Origin: Promethearchaeota archaeon
GTDB lineage: Archaea > Asgardarchaeota > Lokiarchaeia > Sigyniarchaeales > SOKP01
DNA: 64,000 bases
Assembly (NCBI GenBank): GCA_048940645.1
Contig: JBHLOI010000007.1
Location: 28,648 to 92,647 of the forward strand
Direction: 5' to 3'
The notes beneath the pieces are model-generated. The model did not search any database, was not told the DNA's origin, and saw only the letters and a list, made by a program, of their open reading frames with translations. The position numbers and the translations under genes are program-made. Positions 44,804 to 54,094 of the stretch are shown one piece after another; positions within the stretch are counted from its first letter, which is position 1, and each line of letters begins with the position of its first letter.

Positions 44804-46564
44804 ATGAATGAGAAAGAAATCAAAAAACTATTATGGATAATGGGCCTTAAAAACGCCATTGAATTTCAAGGAAGCCCCGATAAAAAGGCGGTAATGGGAA
44901 AGTTAATGTCACAAAGACCAGATTTAAGACCGCATGCGAAAGAAATAATTCCGCTCTTAAATGAGATTATGCCAAAAATCTCAAAATTAAGTATCGAGAA
45001 ACAAAAAGAAGAGCTATTACAACGAGATCCCCATGCCTTAGATAAAAAAGAACCGAAAGAGGAACAAAAAAGTTTACCGGATTTACAAAATATTGAAAAA
45101 TTCGAAAAAATTGTAATGCGGTTAGCACCTTATCCTAGTGGTGCGTTACACATTGGAAACGCTAGAATGGTTATATTAAATGATGAATATGTAAAGAGAT
45201 ACAACGGAGAGTTAATTCTATTTTTTGATGATACAATAGGGAGTCCACTATCATTGAGAGCTAGTCCTAAGGCAAAATATGTAATTCCTGAGGCTTATGG
45301 GCTAATAGAAGAAGGACTTAAATGGTTGGGAGTCAACTATTCAAAAGTTTTTTATAAAAGTGAAAGATTAGAAATTTTTTATGATTACTGTGAAAAATTA
45401 ATAAATGGGAATATTGCATACATTTGCTTTTGCTCTGCTGACATATTTAGAGAAAAATACAAAAAAGACCAAAAAAATTGTCCTCACAGGGATCAGTCAA
45501 TTGAAAAGAATCTAGAGGAATGGAATAATATGCTCAATAAAAAGTATAGCGAGGGTGAGGCAGTAGTGAGATTAAAAACCGGAATGGACCAAAAAGACCC
45601 TGCTTTAAGAGATCAAATTATTATGAGGATTTCTGAAGCAGAACATCCTCGAACAGGAGATAAATACATTGTTTGGCCAATGCTGGAATTTTCTTGGGCA
45701 ATTGATGACCATTTAATAGGGGTATCTCACATTCTCAGAGGAGTAGATTTAGTTAAAGAAGATTTTATTGAAGATTTTATATGGGAACATTTTAATTGGA
45801 AAAGAGCGGAATTTTTGCATTATGGAAGAATAAAATTTCCAAATATAAAATTAAGTAAAACAGAAGCAAGAAATAATATACAGAATGGAATATATGAAGG
45901 TTGGGATGATCCAAGAACCTGGAGTTTACAGTCCTTAGCAAAGAGAGGAATAAGACCAAAAGCGTTGAGAGAAGCTTTATATGATCTTGGCATGTCACTC
46001 TCAGGTATCACATTTGATGAGGATTGGTTATATTCAAAAAATAAAGCTATAATTGATGAAATTTCAGATAGATATTTTTATGTAGAAAATCCCATATTAA
46101 TTGAAATTTCAAAAATCCCCTTCTTAGAATATTGCGCAGAGCCTTTATTATTACCATCAAATCCTAATAAAGGAAATAGAAATATAAGAGGAAAAGCAAA
46201 AAAAGGAAAGATATACATTTTCATCTCAGAGAAAGATGCTGAAAAGCTAAAACCCAGAGACATTATTCGCTTAAAAGATTTGGTAAACATTCAAATTGAT
46301 TCTTTGGATTTAAAGAATAAGAAAGTAAAAGCAAACTATTATAGTTTAAAATTAAATAGAGATTTTGCAATAATCCACTGGGTTCCTAAAGATGAATATA
46401 TAAATATATCAATTCTAAAACCAGACGGTACTATTTCGAAGGGTTATGGGGAAGTAAATCTCGTAAACATTCCCCTAAATAAACCTGTGCAGTTTGAAAG
46501 ATATGGATTTGTTAATCCAATAGAAAGAGATAATAATGAATTATTTTGCTATTTTACACATTAA
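44804..46564 (+). CDS. gltX: glutamyl-tRNA synthetase, archaeal/eukaryal type
   Basis: Class I HIGH (PSGALHIGNAR) and KMSKS-equivalent (IKLSKT) motifs. FDDT, WPMLEFSWAIDDH, HILRG. The N-terminal GatB/YqeY-like helical region is as in other archaeal GluRS. Confidence 0.92.
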   Translation: MNEKEIKKLLWIMGLKNAIEFQGSPDKKAVMGKLMSQRPDLRPHAKEIIPLLNEIMPKISKLSIEKQKEELLQRDPHALDKKEPKEEQKSLPDLQNIEKFEKIVMRLAPYPSGALHIGNARMVILNDEYVKRYNGELILFFDDTIGSPLSLRASPKAKYVIPEAYGLIEEGLKWLGVNYSKVFYKSERLEIFYDYCEKLINGNIAYICFCSADIFREKYKKDQKNCPHRDQSIEKNLEEWNNMLNKKYSEGEAVVRLKTGMDQKDPALRDQIIMRISEAEHPRTGDKYIVWPMLEFSWAIDDHLIGVSHILRGVDLVKEDFIEDFIWEHFNWKRAEFLHYGRIKFPNIKLSKTEARNNIQNGIYEGWDDPRTWSLQSLAKRGIRPKALREALYDLGMSLSGITFDEDWLYSKNKAIIDEISDRYFYVENPILIEISKIPFLEYCAEPLLLPSNPNKGNRNIRGKAKKGKIYIFISEKDAEKLKPRDIIRLKDLVNIQIDSLDLKNKKVKANYYSLKLNRDFAIIHWVPKDEYINISILKPDGTISKGYGEVNLVNIPLNKPVQFERYGFVNPIERDNNELFCYFTH

Positions 46565-46652
46565 CCTGGCTTCTAATAGTATATTCATCATTTTTAGATC
46601 AATTTTTAATTTAGAACCAATAATTATTATTAAGTGAATTCATAATATAAAA

Positions 46653-47729
46653 ATGAATATGAATGAAGAAGAACACAAGGAAAATATGTTTCTGAGTAAA
46701 AAAGAATGGACCTTCTGTCCTTCATGTGGATTTAAACTTCCAGAAATAGATAGACAAAGATATTGTATTAAGTGTGGAGTGGACCTAGAATATATTAAAA
46801 GTAACGTTATTTCACGTCCACCATCGCCTATTGATATAAGCACATATAGATCCGAGTGGGATCAAGAAAAAATTGCAGATAAGGATATTTTAAATCTTGG
46901 AGAAAAACCATTATGGGGTAGTTTTTATTCAATAGGCATTCCTATACTTGCTTTTATTTTAATGTTTTTTTTAGGAACTATTATAATGTCATTTCTTGTT
47001 CCTTTGGTATCTAATTTAGAAGAACTTACGGCCTTGATGTTTAATCCATATTTTGTTGTTCTACTTTCGTTTACTGAATTAATTTTTATATTAGTTCCAG
47101 TTTATTATGTCGGTAAGTATCTTCAAAATCCTAAATTCAATAATCGTTTAATGTTATTAGGGTTCACCCTAAAGGGTAATGATAATTTTAAACCTGTAAA
47201 AGAAGTCTTTATTGGTTTAGCATTTGCAGTTTTAGGAATACTTTTAGTGTTTTCAGTATCATTCCTTATTGAAATTATTTTAGAATTGATTTTTGGCGTA
47301 GATATTGTGTTTACTGGAGGTGGCTCATTAAATGAAATAGATATAATTCTAGCTAATTCTGACATTTTATCTCTAATATTTCTCGCAATTACTATGATAT
47401 TAATCGTCGGTACTTCAGAAGAATTGTTATTTAGAGGATTCATGCAAAAAGGTTTAGTAAGGACTGTTGGAAAGTACGGAGGACTTATTATCACAGCACT
47501 AATCTTCTCCTCAATCCATCTAATAGGAATTTTCCAAATAGGCAATGCTAATCCAATAGATTATCTACTTTCCTTTTTACTCAACTTCTTCCCATATTTT
47601 GCATTATCCCTATTGTTGGGATTTTTATTTTATTGGAGAAAAGAAAATCTTATTGCTGTTGTTATTATGCATGGTTTTTATAATGCAATAACGATAATTA
47701 TAGCTTATATCTATTTTAACTTTATTTGA
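46653..47729 (+). CDS. CPBP-family intramembrane glutamic protease (CAAX-protease-like) with N-terminal zinc ribbon
   Basis: CPSCG...CIKCG zinc ribbon. CPBP motifs EELLFRG, FSSIHL, HGFYN in a polytopic membrane domain. Confidence 0.8.
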   Translation: MNMNEEEHKENMFLSKKEWTFCPSCGFKLPEIDRQRYCIKCGVDLEYIKSNVISRPPSPIDISTYRSEWDQEKIADKDILNLGEKPLWGSFYSIGIPILAFILMFFLGTIIMSFLVPLVSNLEELTALMFNPYFVVLLSFTELIFILVPVYYVGKYLQNPKFNNRLMLLGFTLKGNDNFKPVKEVFIGLAFAVLGILLVFSVSFLIEIILELIFGVDIVFTGGGSLNEIDIILANSDILSLIFLAITMILIVGTSEELLFRGFMQKGLVRTVGKYGGLIITALIFSSIHLIGIFQIGNANPIDYLLSFLLNFFPYFALSLLLGFLFYWRKENLIAVVIMHGFYNAITIIIAYIYFNFI

Positions 47730-47749
47730 ATTGCACATTTTAGTATTTT

Positions 47750-48607
47750 ATGAACTTCTTAAATTTTTTCAAATCAAAAGCCAAAGGAAAAATTGCTAAC
47801 ATTGGAATTGGTCTTGGAAGTGAGCAATCTCAAAATTTAAAGGTTTTTAAAGCAACACAATATTTTTTAAGGAAAAATTCATCGAAAATTTATTTTTTTG
47901 GTGAACCAAAAGCAATATCACAACTATTAAACGAATCAATTACCTCTAAATTTAATTTTGACTTAATCAAAAGTAGTGAGCCAGAAAAAGATATTATAAA
48001 TTATTTAAAAGAAAATACCATCAATGCTGTGATAAGAGGTAACTTAAGTTCTAATAAATTTCTTATGCATTTAAAGCACATATTAAATATTTCAGAAATA
48101 AATCGTTTAGCTTTACTTGAGTCTTTTGATGGTGAACAATTCTTTTTTGGACCCGTTGGCATTGATGAGTGCAATAATTTTCAAAAAAAAATTAACTTTA
48201 TTGAAAATGCTATAGTCCTGTTTCAATCTTTAGACGTTGAGCCACGAATAGGTATTTTGAGCGGTGGTAGATTAAGTGATATTGGTCGTGATGAATATGT
48301 GGATGAATCTATTAATATAGCTAAACAAGTAGAAACTTATCTCAAGGACAAATATCCTAAATTGACTATTAAACATCATGAGATATTAATTGAAGCCAGC
48401 CTTAAAAAGAAGTCAAATTTAATCATTGCTCCAGACGGCATTTCCGGAAATTTAATCTATCGTACCTTAGTTCATCTAGGTGGTGGTAAAGCATATGGAG
48501 CTATCTATATGGGTTTAAATTCTACAATCATAGATACATCAAGAGTAGGTAAAATATCTGAAATAGAAGGAGCTTTAATTCTCAGCTTAGCATTGATAAA
48601 TGCTTAA
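47750..48607 (+). CDS. phosphate acyltransferase (Pta/PlsX)-like protein, archaeal predicted phosphotransacetylase family
   Basis: C-terminal IAPDGISGNLIYRTLVHLGGGKAYGAI resembles the P-D/N-x-E/S-x-GN-x-x-YK region of Pta/PlsX-fold enzymes. Family assignment is tentative. Confidence 0.45.
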   Translation: MNFLNFFKSKAKGKIANIGIGLGSEQSQNLKVFKATQYFLRKNSSKIYFFGEPKAISQLLNESITSKFNFDLIKSSEPEKDIINYLKENTINAVIRGNLSSNKFLMHLKHILNISEINRLALLESFDGEQFFFGPVGIDECNNFQKKINFIENAIVLFQSLDVEPRIGILSGGRLSDIGRDEYVDESINIAKQVETYLKDKYPKLTIKHHEILIEASLKKKSNLIIAPDGISGNLIYRTLVHLGGGKAYGAIYMGLNSTIIDTSRVGKISEIEGALILSLALINA

Positions 48608-48641
48608 ACAAATAAAAAAGGAAAAAATATTGTTTAAGGTG

Positions 48642-48941
48642 CTAACTAATAGCTCCGATAAGGGTGGCTAGAAGTACAATAATGCCCCCAATCAAAACAG
48701 CACAGACAATTAGACCTACTCCCAGGATCCCTAAAAATGTTGGAGTATAATGAATTGGTCTAATTCCTAATCCTATTACTAATATTGAACCAAATATTCC
48801 TAAAATAAGTCCTAAAATTCCAAAGTTGTAAGGCATTATACTTGTTCCGGTTATTACTAAAATAGTTTCTATAAGAGAAACTATTCCCCCTATAACTGCG
48901 AAAACTCGCATAACTTTATCTGTTTCTTGAAGTTCACTCAT
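48642..48941 (-). CDS. small glycine-rich membrane protein (3 TM)
   Basis: 99-aa ORF of GxxxG-rich hydrophobic helices (VFAVIGGIVSLIETILVITG, ILGLILGIFGSILVIGLGI, LGILGVGLIVCAVLIGGIIVLLATLIGAI). Confidence 0.5.
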   Translation of the reverse strand: MSELQETDKVMRVFAVIGGIVSLIETILVITGTSIMPYNFGILGLILGIFGSILVIGLGIRPIHYTPTFLGILGVGLIVCAVLIGGIIVLLATLIGAIS

Positions 48942-49066
48942 TTTAGAGTCACTCTCTTATAAAAATGGTTTTTAATTTAAAAATAACATAATGATACTTA
49001 AAAAGTTATACCAATCAATATTTTAATAATTCTTATTTATAGGAAAAAATTTTTAGAAAAAGTTGA

Positions 49067-49170
49067 TGGGAGAGGGGGGATTTGAACCCCCGACCACTCG
49101 GCCCCCAGCCGATTAGATTTAGTTCGGTAAAACCAAGCTAAGGTATCATACCATTCTAGACCACCCTCCC
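49067..49170 (-). tRNA. tRNA-Pro (anticodon GGG) gene with a 30-nt intron in the 5' side of the anticodon stem
   Basis: Acceptor GGGAGGG/CTCTCCC + A73. D arm GTCT-AGAATGGTA-TGAT. T arm GGGGG-TTCAAAT-CCCCC. Variable TGGTC. After removing 49113-49142 the anticodon arm is CTCGG-CTGGGGG-CCGAG. Mature length 74 nt, G15:C48 present. Confidence 0.75.
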
Positions 49171-49356
49171 ATTTAAGGAAAGGATGTTAATTTTAGAGTT
49201 TAGAACTTGAAATAGCGTTATCTTTGTTTTGTATACTTAAAAATCTTAAATTCTATTTATTTTTAATTATCCTTATACATTGTACTAATAATTTTTAAAT
49301 TCTTTAGAGGGTTTTTAAACTTATAATTTTTAAAAATAGAAAACTTTGATAATTTC

Positions 49357-49653
49357 ATGCGCTCTCGGAAACCTTTTATTATCTTCTGGCCTCAATATTT
49401 TGATTTAAAGAGGAGTAGAGCAGAGGGTAGGCGTATTCCTAGAAAATTTGCTGTAGAAAAAATCCATTCAAATGATCTTTACAACGTAGCTAAGCGTTTA
49501 GGGTATACTGTTCAACATGAAAAGAATTATAAATATTCGAGAACTTGGTGGGATGAACCTGGAAGAATTTTAGTGGATACTAAAGGAAAGAAAAAATCTA
49601 AAGTATTAATTGAATTAGCAAAGGAATTAAAAAAGACACAATCCAAGAGATAA
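49357..49653 (+). CDS. srp19: signal recognition particle protein SRP19
   Basis: IIFWPQYFDLKRSRAEGRRIPRKFAV...LYNVAKRLGY matches the conserved SRP19 N-terminal core. Length 98 aa. Confidence 0.85.
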   Translation: MRSRKPFIIFWPQYFDLKRSRAEGRRIPRKFAVEKIHSNDLYNVAKRLGYTVQHEKNYKYSRTWWDEPGRILVDTKGKKKSKVLIELAKELKKTQSKR

Positions 49654-49662
49654 ATCATTATT

Positions 49663-50034
49663 ATGCATGAATTTGCCTTTGCCTATAATATTTTTAAAAT
49701 AGCAGAAGCTACTGCTCTAAAATATAATGCCCAAAAAATTACTGAAGTTTATTTAGAAGTTGGGGAATTAACTTTAATTGTTCCTGAACTTCTACGCCAA
49801 TCATTTAAGATGGCAACTTCTGGCTCAATTGCAGAGGGAGCAGAATTAAAAATTGAGATCGTGCCGGGTAAAATAAAATGCAGGGAATGTGGAAAAGTAT
49901 CAGCTGTAACTTTAAGTGAAGAAGCTCAATTAACTGGACTTCAATTATTCCAATGCAAGTTTTGTAAGAGTAAAAACACAGAAATAATTGAAGGTAAGAA
50001 AGCAAATGTTAAAAATATAAAGATTCAAGAATAA
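49663..50034 (+). CDS. hypA: hydrogenase nickel-insertion/maturation protein HypA
   Basis: MHEFAFA N-terminus (Ni site MHE). Zinc site CRECG...CKFCKS. Length 123 aa. Confidence 0.85.
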   Translation: MHEFAFAYNIFKIAEATALKYNAQKITEVYLEVGELTLIVPELLRQSFKMATSGSIAEGAELKIEIVPGKIKCRECGKVSAVTLSEEAQLTGLQLFQCKFCKSKNTEIIEGKKANVKNIKIQE

Positions 50035-50412
50035 TTAGATTAAAACACCATTTAAAATTCCATGCTGTCCGGGCCTAGATGTGATTTTTGCTTTTCCTAG
50101 CTCTGTTTCAACAATCGCACCTTTAGTTAAAATGTGTCTGCGGTTATAATCCTTAGACGCATCATTACTATCAAACCTTAAAATTCTCACTTTGGAAGTT
50201 TGATTGTTATTAGGATCTGTAACATTAACGTATAAAGATGAAAATAATTTAAGCTTTTGATTTCCTCCCAATACTCTCTGCTTTTTCTTCTTTTCTTCTC
50301 CTACTCTGGTTTCTATGGGAGGGCGCTCTAATTCTCTTTTTCTCTTCTTTCTAAAGTGTTTATATTTTTTTCCTGTGTATTTTCTTTTTGATCTTGCTTG
50401 AGAACGAGCCAT
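50035..50412 (-). CDS. rps8e: 30S ribosomal protein eS8 (S8e)
   Basis: MARSQARSKRKYTGKKYKHFRKKRKRELERPP...RVLGGNQKLKL...ILRF...NRRHILTKGAIVETELGKAKITSRPGQHGILNGVLI is collinear with archaeal S8e. Confidence 0.9.
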   Translation of the reverse strand: MARSQARSKRKYTGKKYKHFRKKRKRELERPPIETRVGEEKKKKQRVLGGNQKLKLFSSLYVNVTDPNNNQTSKVRILRFDSNDASKDYNRRHILTKGAIVETELGKAKITSRPGQHGILNGVLI

Positions 50413-50576
50413 GACATACCATCATTAAATTAGTAAGTAGTAAAGGAAATGATTTCTTTAAAATTTTTGTATTTAAATGTTTATAATCTGTAAAAGTAAA
50501 ATAAATATACTAAAAATTAATTTATTCATTATAACAATTAGTTTATCAGAAAAGTAATATAAAGTCTAACAGAAAA

Positions 50577-51218
50577 ATGATGGAAAATATTGCAAATAAA
50601 TTAAATCTAGATAAAAACTCTTTAGAAAAAATCATTAAATCAAGTACCACAACGGTTGGAATAATTGTAAAGGATGGTATCGTAGTAGGAACGGAATCTC
50701 AAGCTACTGCAGGATATACTGTTGCTACAAAACAAGCTCAGAAACTTTTTAAGATAAATGATTATACATGTGCAACTATTTCTGGAGGGGTTGCAGATTG
50801 CCAGTATGTAGTTAATCAACTTAAAGCATTATCTAAATTAAAAGAAGTTGAAGAGGAAAAAGTTCCTGAACCCAAGTACATTGCTAGCGTTACAAGAAAC
50901 ATTTTATTCAGTGGTAGATCATATTACCTTGCTATGATGATAATTGGTGGTTACTCAGTAAAAGAGAGTAACGGGAAACTTTACGGAGTTGACTTATTAG
51001 GTACTCTTTATGAAGAAGAAAATTTCATTGCTTTTGGTTCTGGAGGGCCATTCTCCTTAGGTGTATTAGAGGCTGATTGGAAGCCTGGCATGACTTCAAA
51101 TTTGGGAGTTGAATTAGTCAAAACCGCTATTTCTAGTTCTCGTGAAAGAGACGCCGCATCTGGATTTAAAATTCAAATATGTACTGTTACTAAAGATGGT
51201 TATAAACAAATTCAATGA
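50577..51218 (+). CDS. psmB: proteasome beta subunit (with propeptide)
   Basis: Propeptide followed by catalytic Thr in SS/TTTVGIIVKDGIVVGTESQATAG. GSG motif (AFGSGGP). Length 213 aa. Confidence 0.9.
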   Translation: MMENIANKLNLDKNSLEKIIKSSTTTVGIIVKDGIVVGTESQATAGYTVATKQAQKLFKINDYTCATISGGVADCQYVVNQLKALSKLKEVEEEKVPEPKYIASVTRNILFSGRSYYLAMMIIGGYSVKESNGKLYGVDLLGTLYEEENFIAFGSGGPFSLGVLEADWKPGMTSNLGVELVKTAISSSRERDAASGFKIQICTVTKDGYKQIQ

Positions 51219-51231
51219 TTTTTTTAAATAA

Positions 51232-51723
51232 CTACTTCTTAAGAAAATCTATATTAATTTGTCTAAGTTCATCAAAAATATAGATAAAACCATTTAATGT
51301 TTTTTTTTGAGCATCCATTATTGTCCAGATAATATGTTTAAATTTTGTAATCTTACCCTCATAGTAACTTCTCATATATGGTATATCAACACCACTTGGA
51401 TAAGCTCCACCTGGATGAGAATGAAAGATACTTATTAATTGTAAATTGAAGTTTTTCAAAAATTTTTCAGTTATCTCTTTTAATTTTAGATAATCATCCA
51501 TTAGAAAGGCTACAGGACTTTCAGAAGAGGATTCTATACACTCAAACTTTTTAGTATAATAATTATAAGAATAATCATTTTCGAAATTGGTTTTCTTAAT
51601 TTCTTCAATTTTTCCATAAATTAGACCACATGCCTCGTTAGGATAAGCTTTATCAACACATTGTTCTATCTTTTTATAAATATCCTGATTGATGAAGAAC
51701 GTTATATCTTTCTCAAATTTCAC
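51232..51723 (-). CDS. JAMM/MPN+ metalloprotease
   Basis: Catalytic Glu context (PNEACGLIYG) and complete JAMM motif FHSHPGGAYPSGVD (HxHx7Sx2D). Confidence 0.8.
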   Translation of the reverse strand: MKFEKDITFFINQDIYKKIEQCVDKAYPNEACGLIYGKIEEIKKTNFENDYSYNYYTKKFECIESSSESPVAFLMDDYLKLKEITEKFLKNFNLQLISIFHSHPGGAYPSGVDIPYMRSYYEGKITKFKHIIWTIMDAQKKTLNGFIYIFDELRQINIDFLKK

Positions 51724-51746
51724 GTTTCTAATAAACTTCTCCCTCT

Positions 51747-52442
51747 TTATAGTAATGTTAGTGCAGCATTCATAGCCGCTAACCTTGCCTTTCTTATATC
51801 AGCACCAGATCCTATAATTATAACGTCCCCTCTTTCAAAAAATACATTCACATTAACTATTTTTGTTTTGAAGTATAATTGAACTTTATCATTTATTTTT
51901 ACTCCATGATTTTCTTGTCCTGAGGAATACGAGGGAAATAATAGTTCATTTCCATTATAAATAAGGCAAGTAGCTCCTAATCCTCCTAATCTAATTGCTG
52001 CATCTCTTTGTTCAACACCACTTTTTAAATGATCAGCAGCATCTCTAACTAAACAATAATATGATTTTGAAATTTCAGAATCGATTATAAAATTTTTCAA
52101 AATAGAAACATCTCCTTCATCTAATAAAGGGATTTTATTTTTAATTTTCATTAGAATCTGTAGGCCTTTTTCAGTCAACACATGTCCTTTTGACTTTATT
52201 TGTTGTTTGTTATTACTATTCTTAACAAGGACTTCTATAAAACCACCCTCTTCTTTTAATTTTTTAACAAGAGATTTTGCTGTACCTCCTCCTAATATTA
52301 ATTCTTCTTTTAGACGATATCTTCCCAAACCTTCAGGATTATCTCCAAATAATAATATAGCTAAAATAACATGAGCATAATCGAAAGAAGGTCTAATTGT
52401 TTTGCTCTCAAAGAGAGGATCTAATTCTTCAAAATCTTTCAT
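51747..52442 (-). CDS. winged-helix protein with uncharacterised C-terminal domain (DUF4443-like, tentative)
   Basis: N-terminal wHTH-like GLGRYRLKEELILGGGTAKSLVKKLKEEGGFIEV. The C-terminal 120 aa (VRDAADHLKSGVEQRDAAIRLGGLGATCLIYNG...) has no function I can assign. Confidence 0.35.
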   Translation of the reverse strand: MKDFEELDPLFESKTIRPSFDYAHVILAILLFGDNPEGLGRYRLKEELILGGGTAKSLVKKLKEEGGFIEVLVKNSNNKQQIKSKGHVLTEKGLQILMKIKNKIPLLDEGDVSILKNFIIDSEISKSYYCLVRDAADHLKSGVEQRDAAIRLGGLGATCLIYNGNELLFPSYSSGQENHGVKINDKVQLYFKTKIVNVNVFFERGDVIIIGSGADIRKARLAAMNAALTLL

Positions 52443-52568
52443 AACCTTTATATATATTTAGAATCCATATATAAAAAAAATATAAGGTCAAAAAAAATAA
52501 AAGGAAGAATATTCTTTTTAAATAATAACGATAGAAATTCTTTATGTCGGATATATCCCAATAGTGCC

Positions 52569-53561
52569 ATGAATAATAATCCTGATGATAATGACCCAAA
52601 AGACATTCAAGGATTAGTTGTATTTAAAGATGTTAAATCGCAACAAACTCAAGAACAAGAAGCAGTATCATTAGAATATATAGATCAAGAGAATAAAATA
52701 AAGTTAGTTTGTAAGCTAGAACCGTTTGGAGGCAATTACCTTTATTCACTTCTTATTATCAACCAAAGTATGGCCCCTATTACGGAAATTAAAATTCGAA
52801 TAAGATATCCCGACTTTTTAATGCTCTGTAGGAGCAATCCTCCAAAGATTATTATTGACTCTGATTTAATTGAAGAAAATGAAAAGCAGATTCGTATTGA
52901 ATTTGAAAACTTAGGAGAAAATTCCCAAAAACAAATAAATACTTTTTTAACACCATTGTCATTAGAAGAAAAGGGTGAAATTAGGTCATATGTTACTTAC
53001 ATAAATAATGCAGATTTTATACGAGCCCTTGACTCAGATCCTGTTAAAATAAAATTTGATCCAATATCTATCGAAAGAAAAATTTTACCTAGTACTGAAG
53101 TACGTAACTTTCTTCAATTAGCTGATATCAAGCGAGGAATTAAGAGTGTCGGAATAGGCATTGAAAATAATCCTGATTTTGATTATTTATTTTATCAACT
53201 CGAACAAACAATCCTAGATCAAAACTTTCAACTAATTACTAAAGATGATGATAAAAAAATTGCATGGTATTTCGGAACAGAATTAGTCTCAGGAGCTGAT
53301 ATACTAGTAATTGGACAGCTTAATTCAAATAAGATCGAGTTGTTGGTAGCTTCCCAAAATCCTCATATAATTATTTCTATTTTAACAAATTTCGTGACTG
53401 AATTTTCAAATCGATTAGTAATTGAAGATATAATAGAAACTTTAGACCAAATTTATGATTTAGAATGCGAATATTGTGGAACAGTCTTACCTTACTTCCC
53501 AAGAAAAGGGGAATCTGTTGAATGTACTAAGTGTAAATATGAAAAAATAATATGGTCTTAG
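52569..53561 (+). CDS. hypothetical protein: N-terminal beta-sandwich-like region, central alpha/beta region, C-terminal zinc ribbon
   Basis: IKLVCKLEPFGGNYLYSLLIINQSMAPITEIKIRIRYPDFLML... alternating beta pattern. C-terminus CEYCGTVLPYFPRKGESVECTKCKY (CxxC...CxxC). Confidence 0.35.
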   Translation: MNNNPDDNDPKDIQGLVVFKDVKSQQTQEQEAVSLEYIDQENKIKLVCKLEPFGGNYLYSLLIINQSMAPITEIKIRIRYPDFLMLCRSNPPKIIIDSDLIEENEKQIRIEFENLGENSQKQINTFLTPLSLEEKGEIRSYVTYINNADFIRALDSDPVKIKFDPISIERKILPSTEVRNFLQLADIKRGIKSVGIGIENNPDFDYLFYQLEQTILDQNFQLITKDDDKKIAWYFGTELVSGADILVIGQLNSNKIELLVASQNPHIIISILTNFVTEFSNRLVIEDIIETLDQIYDLECEYCGTVLPYFPRKGESVECTKCKYEKIIWS

Positions 53562-54081
53562 TTTTTTAAGAATTAGTAATTTTATTTATCCTTAGAACTT
53601 GAAAACTTTATTAAATCTTGTTTTAATCTGCATTATCTTTCCTTATATCAGTCGGATCCTTAAAAAGATGGGAGATTTTTAGTAATTTGATTAATTCGCG
53701 TCAATTTTTCAATATTAATTAAAAGTTACTAACTTATTGAAAACACAAAAATTCCTAATCAAGCATCTCAGTATTTGATCAAATTTTTTATCTTTCTTAA
53801 AATGAACATGTTTTAGCGGAAAAGGAAGAAAGTTTACACTTTACTACATTCAATAGTTTTAAAATTTAACGAAACTCGAATTTCCATAAAAAAATTCTAA
53901 CTTTTACGAGATTGATCTTTTTACTATTTCTGAATTTTGTCGTGATATTTTTTTCATTTTATTCCTCATAAAATCATGTATGCATCAAAATCTTTAAATA
54001 TATAGAAGATATATTACTATTTAACTAACCATTAAATAATAACAAAAATCAATAAAAATATCAATATAAAAATAAAAAAGT

Positions 54082-54086
54082 GGAGG
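54082..54086 (+). promoter_or_regulatory. Shine-Dalgarno-like GGAGG, 8 nt upstream of the histone start codon
   Basis: aaaagtGGAGGaatagaaaATG read directly from the sequence. Confidence 0.55.
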
Positions 54087-54094
54087 AATAGAAA

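Noticed and set aside
44804-45100. The N-terminal about 95 aa of GluRS look like a GatB/YqeY tail domain (GSPDKKAVMGKLMSQRPDLRPHAKEIIPLLNEIM). At first sight this looked like a novel fusion.
   Set aside because: As far as I recall, archaeal-type GluRS proteins (e.g. from methanogens) normally begin with this helical region before the HIGH motif. It is therefore the standard architecture, not a new fusion.
49663-50034. HypA sitting alone between SRP19 and ribosomal protein eS8, without HypB-F or hydrogenase genes.
   Set aside because: Isolated hypA genes amid housekeeping genes are common in archaea. The sequence itself shows nothing unusual.
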